A DNA stretch of 64,000 nt, taken from Anthoceros angustus. Taxonomy: Eukaryota; Plantae; Anthocerotophyta. Under the pieces are notes generated by a model that searched no databases, was not told where the DNA came from, and saw nothing but the letters and a program-made list of their open reading frames with translations. The DNA is taken from NCBI GenBank assembly GCA_010909165.1, contig VJWM01000151.1, forward strand, positions 62,001 through 126,000. The letters are read 5' to 3'. Numbering within the stretch: the first letter of the stretch is position 1; the number at the start of each line of letters is the position of its first letter. This document shows, piece after piece, positions 15,270 through 28,600 of the stretch. The position numbers and the translations under genes are program-made.

Positions 15270-16883
15270 ATGGCTGCTCAATGACTTCATCTAGCATAAA
15301 TACACGTGGTGACAAGAGGAGGTTTAACGGTCCGAAAATACCAATGATAATAGGAAAACGCGTTACCACGTAAAAAGATTCAACGACCAAGTTCAAAAGG
15401 AAATCGAGATTCACATGGTCAAGCTCCTCAACTACTTCAAAGAACTCGAAACCCCAACTGCACTGCTCATCCGCTTATACTTTGAGTTCTATCCTCGCAT
15501 ATGTCATTCCACAAACCTCCTCTACATCACAAGACGCGTCCGCCACACAACAATTTTGGACATAATATCAACCATACTTCAAAATTTTACGATGGGAACG
15601 ATATCAAAATTCCAATCTTGTTCAAGGATGCCCTCGGGCATATTTTGAAAATTATGGGCAAATGACTAATACGAGGGTCTCATCACCTACTTCGTGTTGG
15701 ATCCAACCATGTTCAAGGATATCCACGTGCACATGTTCAAGGTCATGCGAAAATGATTAATACTACTAGGCTGCATTTTATGATGCGAACAATATTCAAA
15801 CTCCAATCATGTTCAAGGATGCCCTCCGCATATTATGAAGATGATGTTAAAATGACTAATACTAGGGTCCCATCACCTAGTTCTCGTGTTGGATTTGATC
15901 GTGGTCAAGGATATCCTCCGCACATATCCAAGGTTATGTGGAAATGACTAATACTACGGTCTCGCCACCGTGTTTTCCGAGGCGAGATGATGTAGGGATT
16001 ACTAGAAGCCATACGGAAAATAAAGACTACAAGAAAAATAGTATGGTATTTGCGCCAACAGCCCGTCCTTATGCGGAAAAAGCTGCTAGCATGCAATCAT
16101 TGTACGTCGAGGAAATGCTTCAATTGATGGAACAATTACGACAACAACATAGCTGGAAAACGAGATACTACGTCAAATAGCCGATGAATTGGCTCAATCA
16201 AGTCAAAGTGTCCCATCAATTATTTCCAAACTAGGCAATGCTACACCTATAATTTTAATGAGATCAAGGCCTCATTTGACTGCAAAAGCGAAGAGGAAAA
16301 ATTGGAAAATGGAAAGTGCTTGCATATGGACTTCAAGTACGAATGGAACAATTTCTTGCAATAAGCAATTTACCTAAGCCAAGTCCTTCATATGACAACA
16401 ATGGATCAACATCGACATTATGTGAAAGAAATACGAAATTGGATGGATAGATCAAATGTTATTGCACAAGACGATGTCCCACAAAATGTTGCCCCACAAG
16501 AAACTACAATAAAAGAAGGAGTATAAATCAAGATTTATGTGAAAACAATGTCGACCACACTCCAAAATTTTATGATAGGAAGCCTGGATATAAAAACCCC
16601 AATCATATTGAAGGATGCCCTCGGCATATGTTGAAAAGTTATGCGAAAATTCCTAATACAAGGGTCCCATCACCTAGTTCCGTGTTGGATCCAATCATGG
16701 TCAAGAGTATCCTCCAAGGTTATTCAAAAATTCCTAATACAAGGGTCACTAATACAAACACGAAAAGCAATATGGTAATGGTAACAACCCGTCCTTCTCT
16801 AGAAAATCCTAGTACCATGCAACCATTGCATGACGCAGAAAAATAAAATGCTTCAATTCATGAAAACAATGAGGACAACATAG
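15270..16883 (+). pseudogene. Frameshifted orphan ORF of the array monomer (~540 codons when reconstructed; repeat-built, function unknown)
   Basis: ORF-track fragments from different copies overlap into one frame: MAAQQTSSSINTRGDKRRFNGSENTNDNRKTRYHGKRFNDQVQKEIEIHMVKLLNY...HMSFHKPPLHHKTRPPHNNFGHNINHTSKFYDGNDIKNSNLVQGCPRAYFENYGQMTNTRVSSPTSRVGSNHVQGYPRAHVQGHAKMINT...AYYEDDVKMTNTRVPSPSSRVGFDRGQGYP...QSVPSIISKLGNATPIIFNEIKASFDRKSEEEKLEKWKVLAYGLQVRMEQFLAISNLPKPSPSYDN.DQHRHYVKEIRNWMDRSNVIAQDDVPQNVAP...HTPKFYDRKPGYKNPNHIEGCPTAYVESYAKIPNTRVPSPSSRVGSNHGQEYPP...ENKMLQFMKTMRTT*. No single copy is open end to end. Confidence 0.6.
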
Positions 16884-17553
16884 GAGAAATAATGAGACAA
16901 TGCTTGCTGAAACAGCTAATGAAATGGCGCAAATGTGTCAAACTGTCCCATCAATCATTTCCAAATAAGAGAAAGCTACACCATTAATCTATCTTTAATG
17001 CAATCATTGCCTCATTTGATCGCAAAACGAAGAGGAGAATTTGGGAAAATGAAAAGTGCTTGGATATAGACGTCAAATACGAAAGAAACAATTTCTTGCA
17101 CTAAGAAGTTTACTTAAGCCAAGTCCTTCATGTGACAACAATTTTGGATCAACAACAACATTACGTGAAACAAATATAAAATTTGATAGATAAATCAATG
17201 TGATTGCACAAGACGATGTCTCACAAAATGTTGCCGCACGGCTTATGATAAAAGGACGAGTAAAAAATCACAATCTACATGAAAATTAGGGCCCATATCA
17301 AAATTTAGTAATTCCTTCTAGTGCTATGCTATTTGAGAACAATCTTATTTTCATAGTAACCTTTAAATATGATTAGTTAGATGTTATTAATCAATCCTTG
17401 GCCTTTGAAAATCGACCTTCTATAATGTCTTTGATTGACCCTACCATATGTAATCAAGATTTAAACCAAAATACAAATCAAAATTTATCCTTGGCCTTTG
17501 AAAAGTAGTCTTCTTTGATTTTGAGTCCTTGGTCTTTGAATCTCTACGGACGA

Positions 17554-17561
17554 CTATAAAT
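17554..17561 (+). promoter_or_regulatory. Candidate TATA box (CTATAAAT), present in each monomer that retains this block
   Basis: Matches the plant TATA consensus CTATAAAT. It is followed by a CA-rich, leader-like stretch (CCACCAGCCACACTAATTAGTTATCAAACAAGCTCAACC) and preceded by three TCCTTGG(C/T)CTTTGAA motifs. Function untested. Confidence 0.3.
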
Positions 17562-18826
17562 GTGCCACCAGCCACACTAATTAGTTATCAAACAAGCTCA
17601 ACCTTTGACGACCCTTGGTGCATTTCAGAGTAGCTAGTGACTTTTCAAGCGTGAAGTTACAACATTTTGTTTTGGTGACAATGGTGTCCGTGAAAAGGTT
17701 TTGAAGAATTTGATGAGGAAATCAAGCCCGATTTCCAAAGAGGATTCATCGCAATTGTTTCACCGTTAGTATCCGTTGCAGACGGATAAAACTTGTGTTT
17801 CTATTGCGAGACGGATAACATTTCCGTTCTGCTCATATGTCCCGTAGCTTGTTCACCATGCTTCTTAAAACTTCGTAGATATCCTTTATCAATCATAAGA
17901 TGTCGATAAGGAGGTTATGAAAACACTTGACATGGAGCACCGTGAGAAAATGCTTGTGGGGCTTCTATCGCCTCAACTATTATGGTGCATTTTAGAGTGG
18001 AAACCATAACATGCATCGTTGCAACCTTAACATGCATCGGTTGCAACCTAAGAATTCTTCAAGCACGCTTTCAAGAAGATCACGTCGAGGTTACCTTCTT
18101 GTAAGATCATTTGATGAGCGTAAAGAGGAGCACAAGTTACACAATCATATTCTTGAATTGGTGGAGAAAGGAATTCTTCAATTTTGAAATGGATGATCAC
18201 ACTTGCAAAAGGAATGTAAATGCAAGATCATATTCATTAATTTATTTTAGCAGTGATATATTCATTTTATTCTCTTTCCTACTTCATGTTTTGAAATGTT
18301 TGCAAACCATCATTATGTTACCGAGATCATTTAACTCACACGCGCTGCTTTTCTCGTCCACCTTCAGAATCGCAATTTACCTAAGCCAAGTCCTTCATAT
18401 GACAACAACTGGATCTCCATCGTAACACGGCCCCTAGAAGATCTAAATCGCTTTGCTTCAATCGACAAATGTTGCACTTGATCCGGGAAGGCCCGCCATT
18501 CAACGCGCTCTCCTTAAGATATGGGCTATTGAGCTCCAAGAAGTCTCGAGGCGCGAGTGGATGCCTCGAGCTGAATTTTTGGGGCTCGTCTTGAAATACT
18601 TGGGAAAGATGGTGCGGATGAGAAACACCAAGGCGCGGAGCACAACCCGTGATTTTGGTACAAGCGGCCGAGTCTACCATGCCAATTTTTCACAACGCTT
18701 GGATCTATTGGGTGTCGTTTCTAGTTGCGTCTTCTAGAAGCGCCGATAACCGCTCCATAATGAAATGCTGGTAAGTAGCTTCTAGACAAGGTTTTAGTAT
18801 AGTTAATTAGCAATATTCTAGGAAAG

Positions 18827-18884
18827 TGATAAAATAGAAATAGTGATAATATAGAAGAAAATAGAAAGAGTGATAATATAGAAG
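18827..18884 (+). repeat. Short GTGATAA(A/T)ATAGAA triplet inside the AT-rich promoter/LTR-like block of each monomer
   Basis: GTGATAAAATAGAAATA-GTGATAATATAGAAGAAAATAGAAAGA-GTGATAATATAGAAG, about 20 bp upstream of CTATATAT...CTATATA. Confidence 0.7.
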
Positions 18885-21086
18885 CGCCATGGGTGCCCTA
18901 GTCTATATATGTCCTATATACTCACACATATATTATGTATCTTGTGTTGGGTTTTCTATGTTATCTTAGGTTATAATTATTCTAAAGTAGGTATTTGTTT
19001 TCATATCTTTGTGTTTGGCCTCTAAAGTTGTCTGTGCACCTTGTGAACACGAAACGGTGGTACAAGAATAACCGAGGCGTTAAAGAATTTTACAAGATAC
19101 CAAATCGTCACACACCATCCAAGAAAAACACATAGCTTGATTAGAGAAAGCTCTAAGGAAAAGAAATGGCTGCTCAATGACTTCATCTAGCATAAATACA
19201 CGTGGTGACAAGAGGAGGTTTAACGGGTCCGAAAATACCAATGATAATAGGAAAACGCGTTACCACGAAAAAGATTCAACGACCAAGTTCAAAAGGAAAT
19301 CGAGATTCACATGGTCAAGCTCCTCAACTACTTCAAAGAACTCGAAACCCCAAGCTTACCGTTCATCCGTTTATACTTTGAGTTCTATCCATATGTCAAG
19401 ATTTAAACCAAAATACAAATCAAAATTTATCCTTGGCCTTTGAAAAGTAGTCTTCTTTGATTTTGAGTCCTTGGTCTTTGAATCTCTCTTTCACGACGAC
19501 TATAAATGTGCCACCAGCCACACTAATTAGTTATCAAACAAGCTCAACCTTTTGACGACCCTTGGTGCATTTCAGAGTAGCTAGTGACTTTTCAAGCGTG
19601 AAGTTACAACATTTTGTTTTGGTGACAATGGTGTCGTGAAAAGGTTTTGAAGAATTTGATGAGGAAATCAAGCCCGATTTCCAAAGAGGATTCATCGCAA
19701 TTGTTTTCAGTTAGTATCCGTTGCAGACGGATAAAACTTGTGTTTCTATTGCGAGACGGATAACATTTCCGTTCTGTTGCTCATATGTCCCGTAGCTTGT
19801 TCACCATGCTTCTTAAAACTTCGAGATATCCTTTATCAATCATAAGATGTCGATAAGGAGGTTATGAAAACACTTGACATGGAGCACCGTGAGAAAATGC
19901 TTGTGGGGCTTCTATCGCCTCAACTATTATGGTGCATTTTAGAGTGGAAACCATAACATGCATCGGTTGCAACCTTAACATGCATCGGTTGCAACCTAAG
20001 AATTCTTCAAGCACGCTTTCAAGAAGATCACGTCGAGGTTACCTTCTTGTAAGATCATTTGATGAGCGTAAAGAGGAGCACAAGTTACACAATCATATTC
20101 TTGAATTGGTGGAGAAAGGAATTCTTCAATTTTGAAATGGATGATCACACTTGCAAAAGGAATGTAAATGCAAGATCATATTCATTAATTTATTTTAGCG
20201 TGATATATTCATTTTATTCTCTTTCCTACTTCATGTTTTGAAATGTTTGCAAACCATCATTATGTTACCGAGATCATTTAACTCACACTGCGCTTCGTTT
20301 TCGTCGTCCACCTTCAGAATCGCAATTTACTGCACGGATCTCCATCGTAACACGGCCCCTAGAAGATCTAAATCGCCTTTGCTTCAATCGACAAATGTTG
20401 CACTTGATCCGGGAAGGCTCGCCATTCAACGCGCTCTCCTTAAGATATGGGCTATTGAGCTCCAAGAAGTCTCGAGGCGAGTGGATGCCTGAGCTGAATT
20501 TTTGGGGCTCGTCTTGAAATACTTGGGAAAGATGGTGCGGATGAGAAACACCAAGGCGCGGAGCACAACCCGTGATTTTGGTACAAGCGGCCGAGTCTAC
20601 CATGCCAATTTTTCACAACGCTTGGATCTATTGGGTGTCGTTTCTAGTTGCGTCTTCTAGAAGCGCCGATAACCGCTCCATAATGAAATCTGGTAAGTAG
20701 CTTCTAGACAAGGTTTTAGTATAGTTAATTAGCAATATTCTAGGAAAGTGATAAAATAGAAATAGTGATAATATAGAAGAAAATAGAAAGAGTGATAATA
20801 TAGAAGTCGCCATGGGTGCCCTAGTCTATATATGTCCTATATACTCACATATATTATGTATCTTGTGTTGGGTTTTCTATGTTATCTTAGGTTATAATTA
20901 TTCTAAAGTAGGTATTTGTTTTCATATCTTTGTGTTTGGCCTCTAAAGTTGTCTGTGCACCTTGTGAACACGAAACGGTGGTACAAGAATAACCGAGGCG
21001 TTAAAGAATTTTACAAGATACCAAATCGTCACACACCATCCAAGAAAAACACATAGCTTGATTAGAGAAAGCTCTAAGGAAAAGAA

Positions 21087-22696
21087 ATGGCTGCTCAATG
21101 ACTTCATCTAGCATAAATACACGTGGTGACAAGAGGAGGTTTAACGGGTCCGAAAATACCAATGATAATAGGAAAACGCGTTACCACGAAAAAGATTCAA
21201 CGACCAAGTTCAAAAGGAAATCGAGATTCACATGGTCAAGCTCCTCAACTACTTGACAAACTCGAAACCCCAAGCTTACCGTTCATCCGTTTATACTTTG
21301 AGTTCTATCCAGCATATGTCATTCCACAAACCTCCTCTACATCACAAGACGCGGTCCGCCACACAACAATTTTGGACATAATATCAACCATACTTCAAAA
21401 TTTTACGATGGGAACGATATCAAAATTCCAATCTTGTTCAAGGATGCCCTCGGGCATATTTTGAAAATTATGGGCAAATGACTAATACGAGGGTCTCATC
21501 ACCTACTTCGTGTTGGATCCAACCATGTTCAAGGATATCCACGTGCACATGTTCAAGGTCATGCGAAAATGATTAATACTACTAGGGCTGCATTTTATGA
21601 TGCAATATTCAAACTCAATCATGTTCAAGGATGCCCTCCGCATATTATGAAGATGATGTTAAAATGACTAATACTAGGGTCCCATCACCTAGTTCTCGTG
21701 TTGGATTTGATCGTGGTCAAGGATATCCTCCGCACATATCCAAGGTTATGTGGAAATGACTAATACTACGGTCGCCACCGTGTTTTCCGAGGCGATGATG
21801 TAGGGATTACTAGAAGCCATACGGAAAATAAAGACTACAAGAAAATAGTATGGTATTTGCGCCAACAGCCCGTCCTTATGCGGAAAAAGCTGCTAGCATG
21901 CAATCATTGTACGTCGAGGAAATGCTTCAATTGATGGAACAATTACGACAACAACATAGCTGGAAAACGAGATACTACGTGCGAAATAGCCGATGAATTG
22001 GCTCAATCAAGGCCAAAGTGTCCCATCAATTATTTCCAAACTAGGCAATGCTACACCTATAATTTTAATGAGATCAAGGCCTCATTTGATCGCAAAAGCG
22101 AAGAGGAAAAATTGGAAAAATGGAAAGTGCTTGCATATGGACTTCAAGTACGAATGGAACAATTTCTTGCAATAAGCAATTTACCTAAGCCAAGTCCTTC
22201 ATATGACAACAACTGGATCAACATCGACATTATGTGAAAGAAAATACGAAATTGGATGGATAGATCAAATGTTATTGCACAAGACGATGTCCCACAAAAT
22301 GTTGCCCCACAAGAAACTACAATAAAAGAAGGAGTATAAAATCAAGATTTATGTGAAAACAATGTCGACCACACTCCAAAATTTTATGATAGGAAGCCTG
22401 GATATAAAAACCCCAATCATATTGAAGGATGCCCTACGGCATATGTTGAAAGTTATGCGAAAATTCCTAATACAAGGGTCCCATCACCTAGTTCCGTGTT
22501 GGATCCAATCATGGTCAAGAGTATCCTCCAAGGTTATTCAAAATTCCTAATACAAGGGTCACTAATACAAACACGAAAAGCAATATGGTAATGGTAACAA
22601 CCCGTCCTTCTCTAGAAAATCCTAGTACCATGCAACCATTGCATGACGCAGAAAAATAAAATGCTTCAATTCATGAAAACAATGAGGACAACATAG
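21087..22696 (+). pseudogene. Copy of the array orphan ORF (frameshifted)
   Basis: Same landmarks; fragments 21123-21464, 21998-22237 and 22353-22550. Confidence 0.5.
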
Positions 22697-25600
22697 GAGA
22701 AATAATGAGACAATGCTTGCTGAAACAGCTAATGAAATGGCGCAAATGTGTCAAACTGTCCCATCAATCATTTCCAAATAAGAGAAAGCTACACCATTAA
22801 TCTATCTTTAATGCAATCGGCCTCATTTGATCGCAAAAGCGAAGAGGAGAATTTGGGAAAATGAAAAGTGCTTGGATATAGACGTCAAATCTGAAAGAAA
22901 CAATTTCTTGCACTAAGAAGTTTACTTAAGCCAAGTCCTTCATGTGACAACAACTGGATCAACATCGACATTATGTGAAAGAAATACGAAATTGGATGGA
23001 TAGATCAAATGTTATTGCACAAGACGATGTCCCACAAAATGTTGCCCCACAAGAAACTACAATAAAAGAAGGAGTATAAAATCAAGATTTATGTGAAAAC
23101 AATGTCACCACACTCCAAAATTTTATGATAGGAAGCCTGGATATAAAAACCCCAATCATATTGAAGGATGCCCTACGGCATATGTTGAAAGTTATGCGAA
23201 AATTCCTAATACAAGGGTCCCATCACCTAGTTCCGTGTTGGATCCAATCATGGTCAAGAGTATCCTCAAAGGTTATTCAAAATTCCTAATACAAGGGTCA
23301 CTAATACAAACACGAAAAGCAATATGGTAATGGTAACAACCGTCCTTCTCTAGAAAATCCTAGTACCATGCAACCATTGCATGACGAAAATAAAATGCTT
23401 CAATTCATGAAAACAATGAGGACAACATAGGAGAAATAATGAGACAATGCTTGCTGAAACAGCTAATGAAATGGCGCAAATGTGTCAAACTGTCCCATCA
23501 ATCATTTCCAAATAAGAGAAAGCTACACCATTAATCTATCTTTAATGCAATCGGCCTCATTTGACCGCAAAACGAAGAGGAGAATTTGGGAAAATGAAAA
23601 GTGCTTGGATATAGACGTCAAATACGAAAGAAACAATTTCTTGCACTAAGAAGTTTACTTAAGCCAAGTCCTTCATGTGACAACAAGTCGGATCAACAAC
23701 AACATTACGTGAAACAAATATAAAATTTGATAGATAAATCAATGTGATTGCACAAGACGATGTCTCACAAAATGTTGCCGCACACGGCTTATGATAAAAG
23801 GACGAGTAAAAAATCACAATCTACATGAAAATTAGGGCCCATATCAAAATTTAGTAATTCCTTCTAGTGCTATGCTATTTGAGAACAATCTTATTTTCAT
23901 AGTAACCTTTAAATATGATTAGTTAGATGTTATTAATCAATCCTTGGCCTTTGAAAATCGGACCTTCTATAATGTCTTTGATTGACCCTACCATATGTAA
24001 TCAAGATTTAAACCAAAATACAAATCAAAATTTATCCTTGGCCTTTGAAAAGTAGTCTTCTTTGATTTTGAGTCCTTGGTCTTTGAATCTCTCGCACTAC
24101 GGACGACTATAAATGTGCCACCAGCCACACTAATTAGTTATCAAACAAGCTCAACCTTTGACGACCCTTGGTGCATTTCATTGAGTAGCTAGTGACTTTT
24201 CAAGCGTGAAGTTACAACATTTTGTTTTGGTGACAATGGTGTCGTGAAAAGGTTTTGAAGAATTTGATGAGGAAATCAAGCCCGATTTCCAAAGAGGATT
24301 CATCGCAATTGTTTCACCGTTAGTATCCGCTGCAGACGGATAAAACTTGTGTTTCTATTGCGAGACGGATAACATTTCCGTTCTGCTCATATGTCCCGTA
24401 GCTTGTTCACCATGCTTCTTAAAACTTCGAGATATCCTTTATCAATCATAAGATGTCGATAAGGAGGTTATGAAAACACTTGACATGGAGCACCGTGAGA
24501 AAAATGCTTGTGGGGCTTCTATCGCCTCAACTATTATGGTGCATTTTAGAGTGGAAACCATAACATGCATCGGTTGCAACCTTAACATGCATCGGTTGCA
24601 ACCTAAGAATTCTTCACACGCTTTCAAGAAGATCACGTCGAGGTTACCTTCTTGTAAGATCATTTGATGAGCGTAAAGAGGAGCACAAGTTACACAATCA
24701 TATTCTTGAATTGGTGGAGAAAGGAATTCTTCAATTTTGAAATGGATGATCACACTTGCAAAAGGAATGTAAATGCAAGATCATATTCATTAATTTATTT
24801 TAGCAGTGATATATTCATTTTATTCTCTTTCCTACTTCATGTTTTGAAATGTTTGCAAACCATCATTATGTTACCGAGATCATTTGATGAGGAAATCAAG
24901 CCCGATTTCCAAAGAGGATTCATCGAATTGTTTCACCGTTAGTATCCGCTGCACGGATCTCCATCGTAACACGCCCCTAGAAGATCTAAATCGCCTTTGC
25001 TTCAATCGACAAATGTTGCACTGATCCGGGAAGGCACGCCATTCAACGCTCTCCTTAAGATATGGGCTATTGAGCTCCAAGAAGTCTCGAGGCGCGAGTG
25101 GATGCCCGAGCTGAATTTTGGGGCTCGTCTTGAAATACTTGGGAAAGATGGTGCGGATGAGAAACACCAAGCGAGCGGAGCACAACCTTGATTTTGGTAC
25201 AAGCGAGAGTCTACCATGCCAATTTTTCACAACGCTTGGATCTATTGGGTGTCGTTTCTAGTTGCGTCTTCTAGAAGCCTCGATAACCGCTCCATAATGA
25301 AATGCTGGTAAGTAGCTTCTAGACAAGGTTTTAGTATAGTTAATTAGCAATATTCTAGGAAAGTGATAAAATAGAAATAGTGATAATATAGAAGAAAATA
25401 GAAAGAGTGATAATATAGAAGCGCCATGGGTGCCCTAGTCTATATATGTCCTATATACTCACATATATTATGTATCTTGTGTTGGGTTTTCTATGTTATC
25501 TTAGGTTATAATTATTCTAAAGTAGGTATTTGTTTTCATATCTTGTGTTTGGCCTCTAAAGTTGTCTGTGCACCTTGTGAACACGAAACGGTGGTACAAG

Positions 25601-28600
25601 AATAACCGAGGCGTTAAAGAATTTTACGATGGGAACGATATCAAATCGTCACACACCATCCAAGAAAAACACATAGCTTGATTAGAGAAAGCTCTAAGGA
25701 AAAGAAATGGCTGCTCAACAGACTTCATCTAGCATAAATACACGTGGTGACAAGAGGAGGTTTAACGGTCCGAAAATACCAATGATAATAGGAAAACGCG
25801 TTACCACGTAAAAAGATTCAACGACCAAGTTCAAAAGGAAATCGAGATTCACATGGTCAAGCTCCTCAACTACTTGACAAACTCGAAACCCAACTGCTTA
25901 CCGCTCATCCGCTTATACTTTGAGTTCTATCCTGCATATGTCATTCCACAAACCTCCTCTACATCACAAGACGCGTCCGCCACACAACAATTTTGGACAT
26001 AATATCAACCATACTTCAAAATTTTACGATGGGAACGATATCAAAATTCCAATCTTGTTCAAGGATGCCCTCGGGCATATTTTGAAAATTATGGGCAAAT
26101 GACTAATACGAGGGTCTCATCACCTACTTCTCGTGTTGGATCCAACCATGTTCAAGGATATCCACGTGCACATGTTCAAGGTCATGCGAAAATGATTAAT
26201 ACTACTAGGGCTGCATTTTATGATGCGAACAATATTGAAACTCCAATCATGTTCAAGGATGCCTCCGGCATATTATGAAGATGATGTTAAAATGACTAAT
26301 ACTAGGGTCCCATCACCTAGTTCCGTGTTGGATCCAACCATGTTCAAGGATATCCACGTGCACATGTTCAAGGTCATGCGAAAATGATTAATACTACTAG
26401 GGCTGCATTTTATGATGCGAACAATATTCAAACTCCAATCATGTTCAAGGATGCCTCCGCATATTATGAAGATGATGTTAAAATGACTAATACTAGGGTC
26501 CCATCACCTAGTTCTCGTGTTGGATTTGATCGTGGTCAAGGATATCCTCGCACATATCCAAGGTTATGTGGAAATGACTAATACTACGGTCTCGCCACCG
26601 TGTTTTCCGAGGCGATGATGTAGGGATTACTAGAAGCCATACGGAAAATAAAGACTACAAGAAAAATAGTATGGTATTTGCGCCAACAGCCCGTCCTTAT
26701 GCGGAAAAAGTCGCTAGCATGCAATCATTGTCGTCGTGAAATGCTGGTAAGTAGCTTCTAGACAAGGTTTTAGTATAGTTAATTAGCAATATTCTAGGAA
26801 AGTGATAAAATAGAAATAGTGATAATATAGAAGAAAATAGAAAGAGTGATAATATAGAAGTCGCCATGGGTGCCCTAGTCTATATATGTCCTATATACTC
26901 ACACATATATTATGTATCTTGTGTTGGGTTTTCTATGTTATCTTAGGTTATAATTATTCTAAAGTAGGTATTTGTTTTCATATCTTTGTGTTTGGCCTCT
27001 AAAGTTGTCTGTGCACCTTGTGAACACGAAACGGTGGTACAAGAATAACCGAGGCGTTAAAGAATTTTACAGACACCAAATCACACACACCATCCAAGAA
27101 AAACACATAGCTTGATTAGAGAAAGCTCTAAGGAAAAGAAATGGCTGCTCAATGACTTCATCTAGCATAAATACACGTGGTGACAAGAGGAGGTTTAACG
27201 GTCCGAAAATACCAATGATAATAGGAAAACGCGTTACCACGTAAAAAGATTCAACGACCAAGTTCAAAAGGAAATCGAGATTCACATGGTCAAGCTCCTC
27301 AACTACTTGACAAACTCGAAACCCCAATCACTGCTCATCCGTTTATACTTTGAGTTCTATCCTGCATATGTCATTCCACAAACCTCCTCTACATCACAAG
27401 ACGCGGTCCGCCACACAACAATTTTGGACATAATATCAACCATACTTCAAAATTTTACGATGGGAACGATATCAAAATTCCAATCTTGTTCAAGGATGCC
27501 CTCGGGCATATTTTGAAAATTATGGGCAAATGACTAATACGAGGGTCTCATCACCTACTTCGTGTTGGATCCAACCATGTTCAAGGATATCCACGTGCAC
27601 ATGTTCAAGGTCATGCGAAAATGATTAATACTACTAGGGCTGCATTTTATGATGCGAACAATATTCAAACTCCAATCATGTTCAAGGATGCCCTCCGGCA
27701 TATTATGAAGATGATGTTAAAATGACTAATACTAGGGTCCCATCACCTAGTTCTCGTGTTGGATTTGATCGTGGTCAAGGATATCCTCGCACATATCCAA
27801 GGTTATGTGGAAATGACTAATACTACGGTCTCGCCACCGTGTTTTCCGAGGCGATGATGTAGGGATTACTAGAAGCCATACGGAAAATAAAGACTACAAG
27901 AAAAATAGTATGGTATTTGCGCCAACAGCCCGTCCTTATGCGGAAAAAGCTAGCATGCAATCATTGTACGTCGAGGAAATGCTTCAATTGATGGAAACAA
28001 TTACGACAACAACATAGCTGGAAAACGAGATACTACGTGCGAAATAGCCGATGAATTGGCTCAATCACAAAGTGTCCCATCAATTATTTCCAAACTAGGC
28101 AATGCTACACCTATAATTTTAATGAGATCAAGGCCTCATTTGATCGCAAAAGCGAAGAGGAAAAATTGGAAAAATGGAAAGTGCTTGCATATGGACTTCA
28201 AGTACGAATGGAACAATTTCTTGCAATAAGCAATTTACCTAAGCCAAGTCCTTCATATGACAATCTGGATCAACATCGACATTATGTGAAAGAAATACGA
28301 AATTGGATGGATAGATCAAATGTTATTGCACAAGACGATGTCCCACAAAATGTTGCCCCACAAGAAACTACAATAAAAGAAGGAGTATAAAATCAAGATT
28401 TATGTGAAAACAATGTCGACCACACTCCAAAATTTTATGATAGGAAGCCTGGATATAAAAACCCCAATCATATTGAAGGATGCCCTACGGCATATGTTGA
28501 AAGTTATGAAAATTCCTAATACAAGGGTCCCATCACCTAGTTCCGTGTTGGATCCAATCATGGTCAAGAGTATCCTCCGAAAGGTTATTCAAAATTCCTA

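Larger units (their letters stand above)
15270..19165 (+). repeat. Reference, least rearranged monomer of the array (3896 bp)
   Basis: Contains every block once and in order: ORF N-terminus, repeats R1 and R2, helical block H1, R3, decayed H2, AT-rich spacer with three (A/G)TCCTTGG(C/T)CTTTGAA motifs, CTATAAAT, second decayed coding-like block, AT-rich promoter/LTR-like block. Confidence 0.9.

Noticed and set aside
17950-17992. Peptide CLWGFYRLNYYGAF resembling the M1 aminopeptidase GFYRVNY motif
   Set aside because: An isolated 7-residue match flanked by stops, with no other peptidase motifs; probably chance.
18111-18425. Recurrent hydrophobic ORF MSVKRSTSYTIIFLNWW...DIFILFSFLLHVLKCLQTIIMLP as a membrane protein
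   Set aside because: The hydrophobicity comes from a T-rich, intron/UTR-like tract. It recurs only because the array repeats, and the C-terminus differs between copies.
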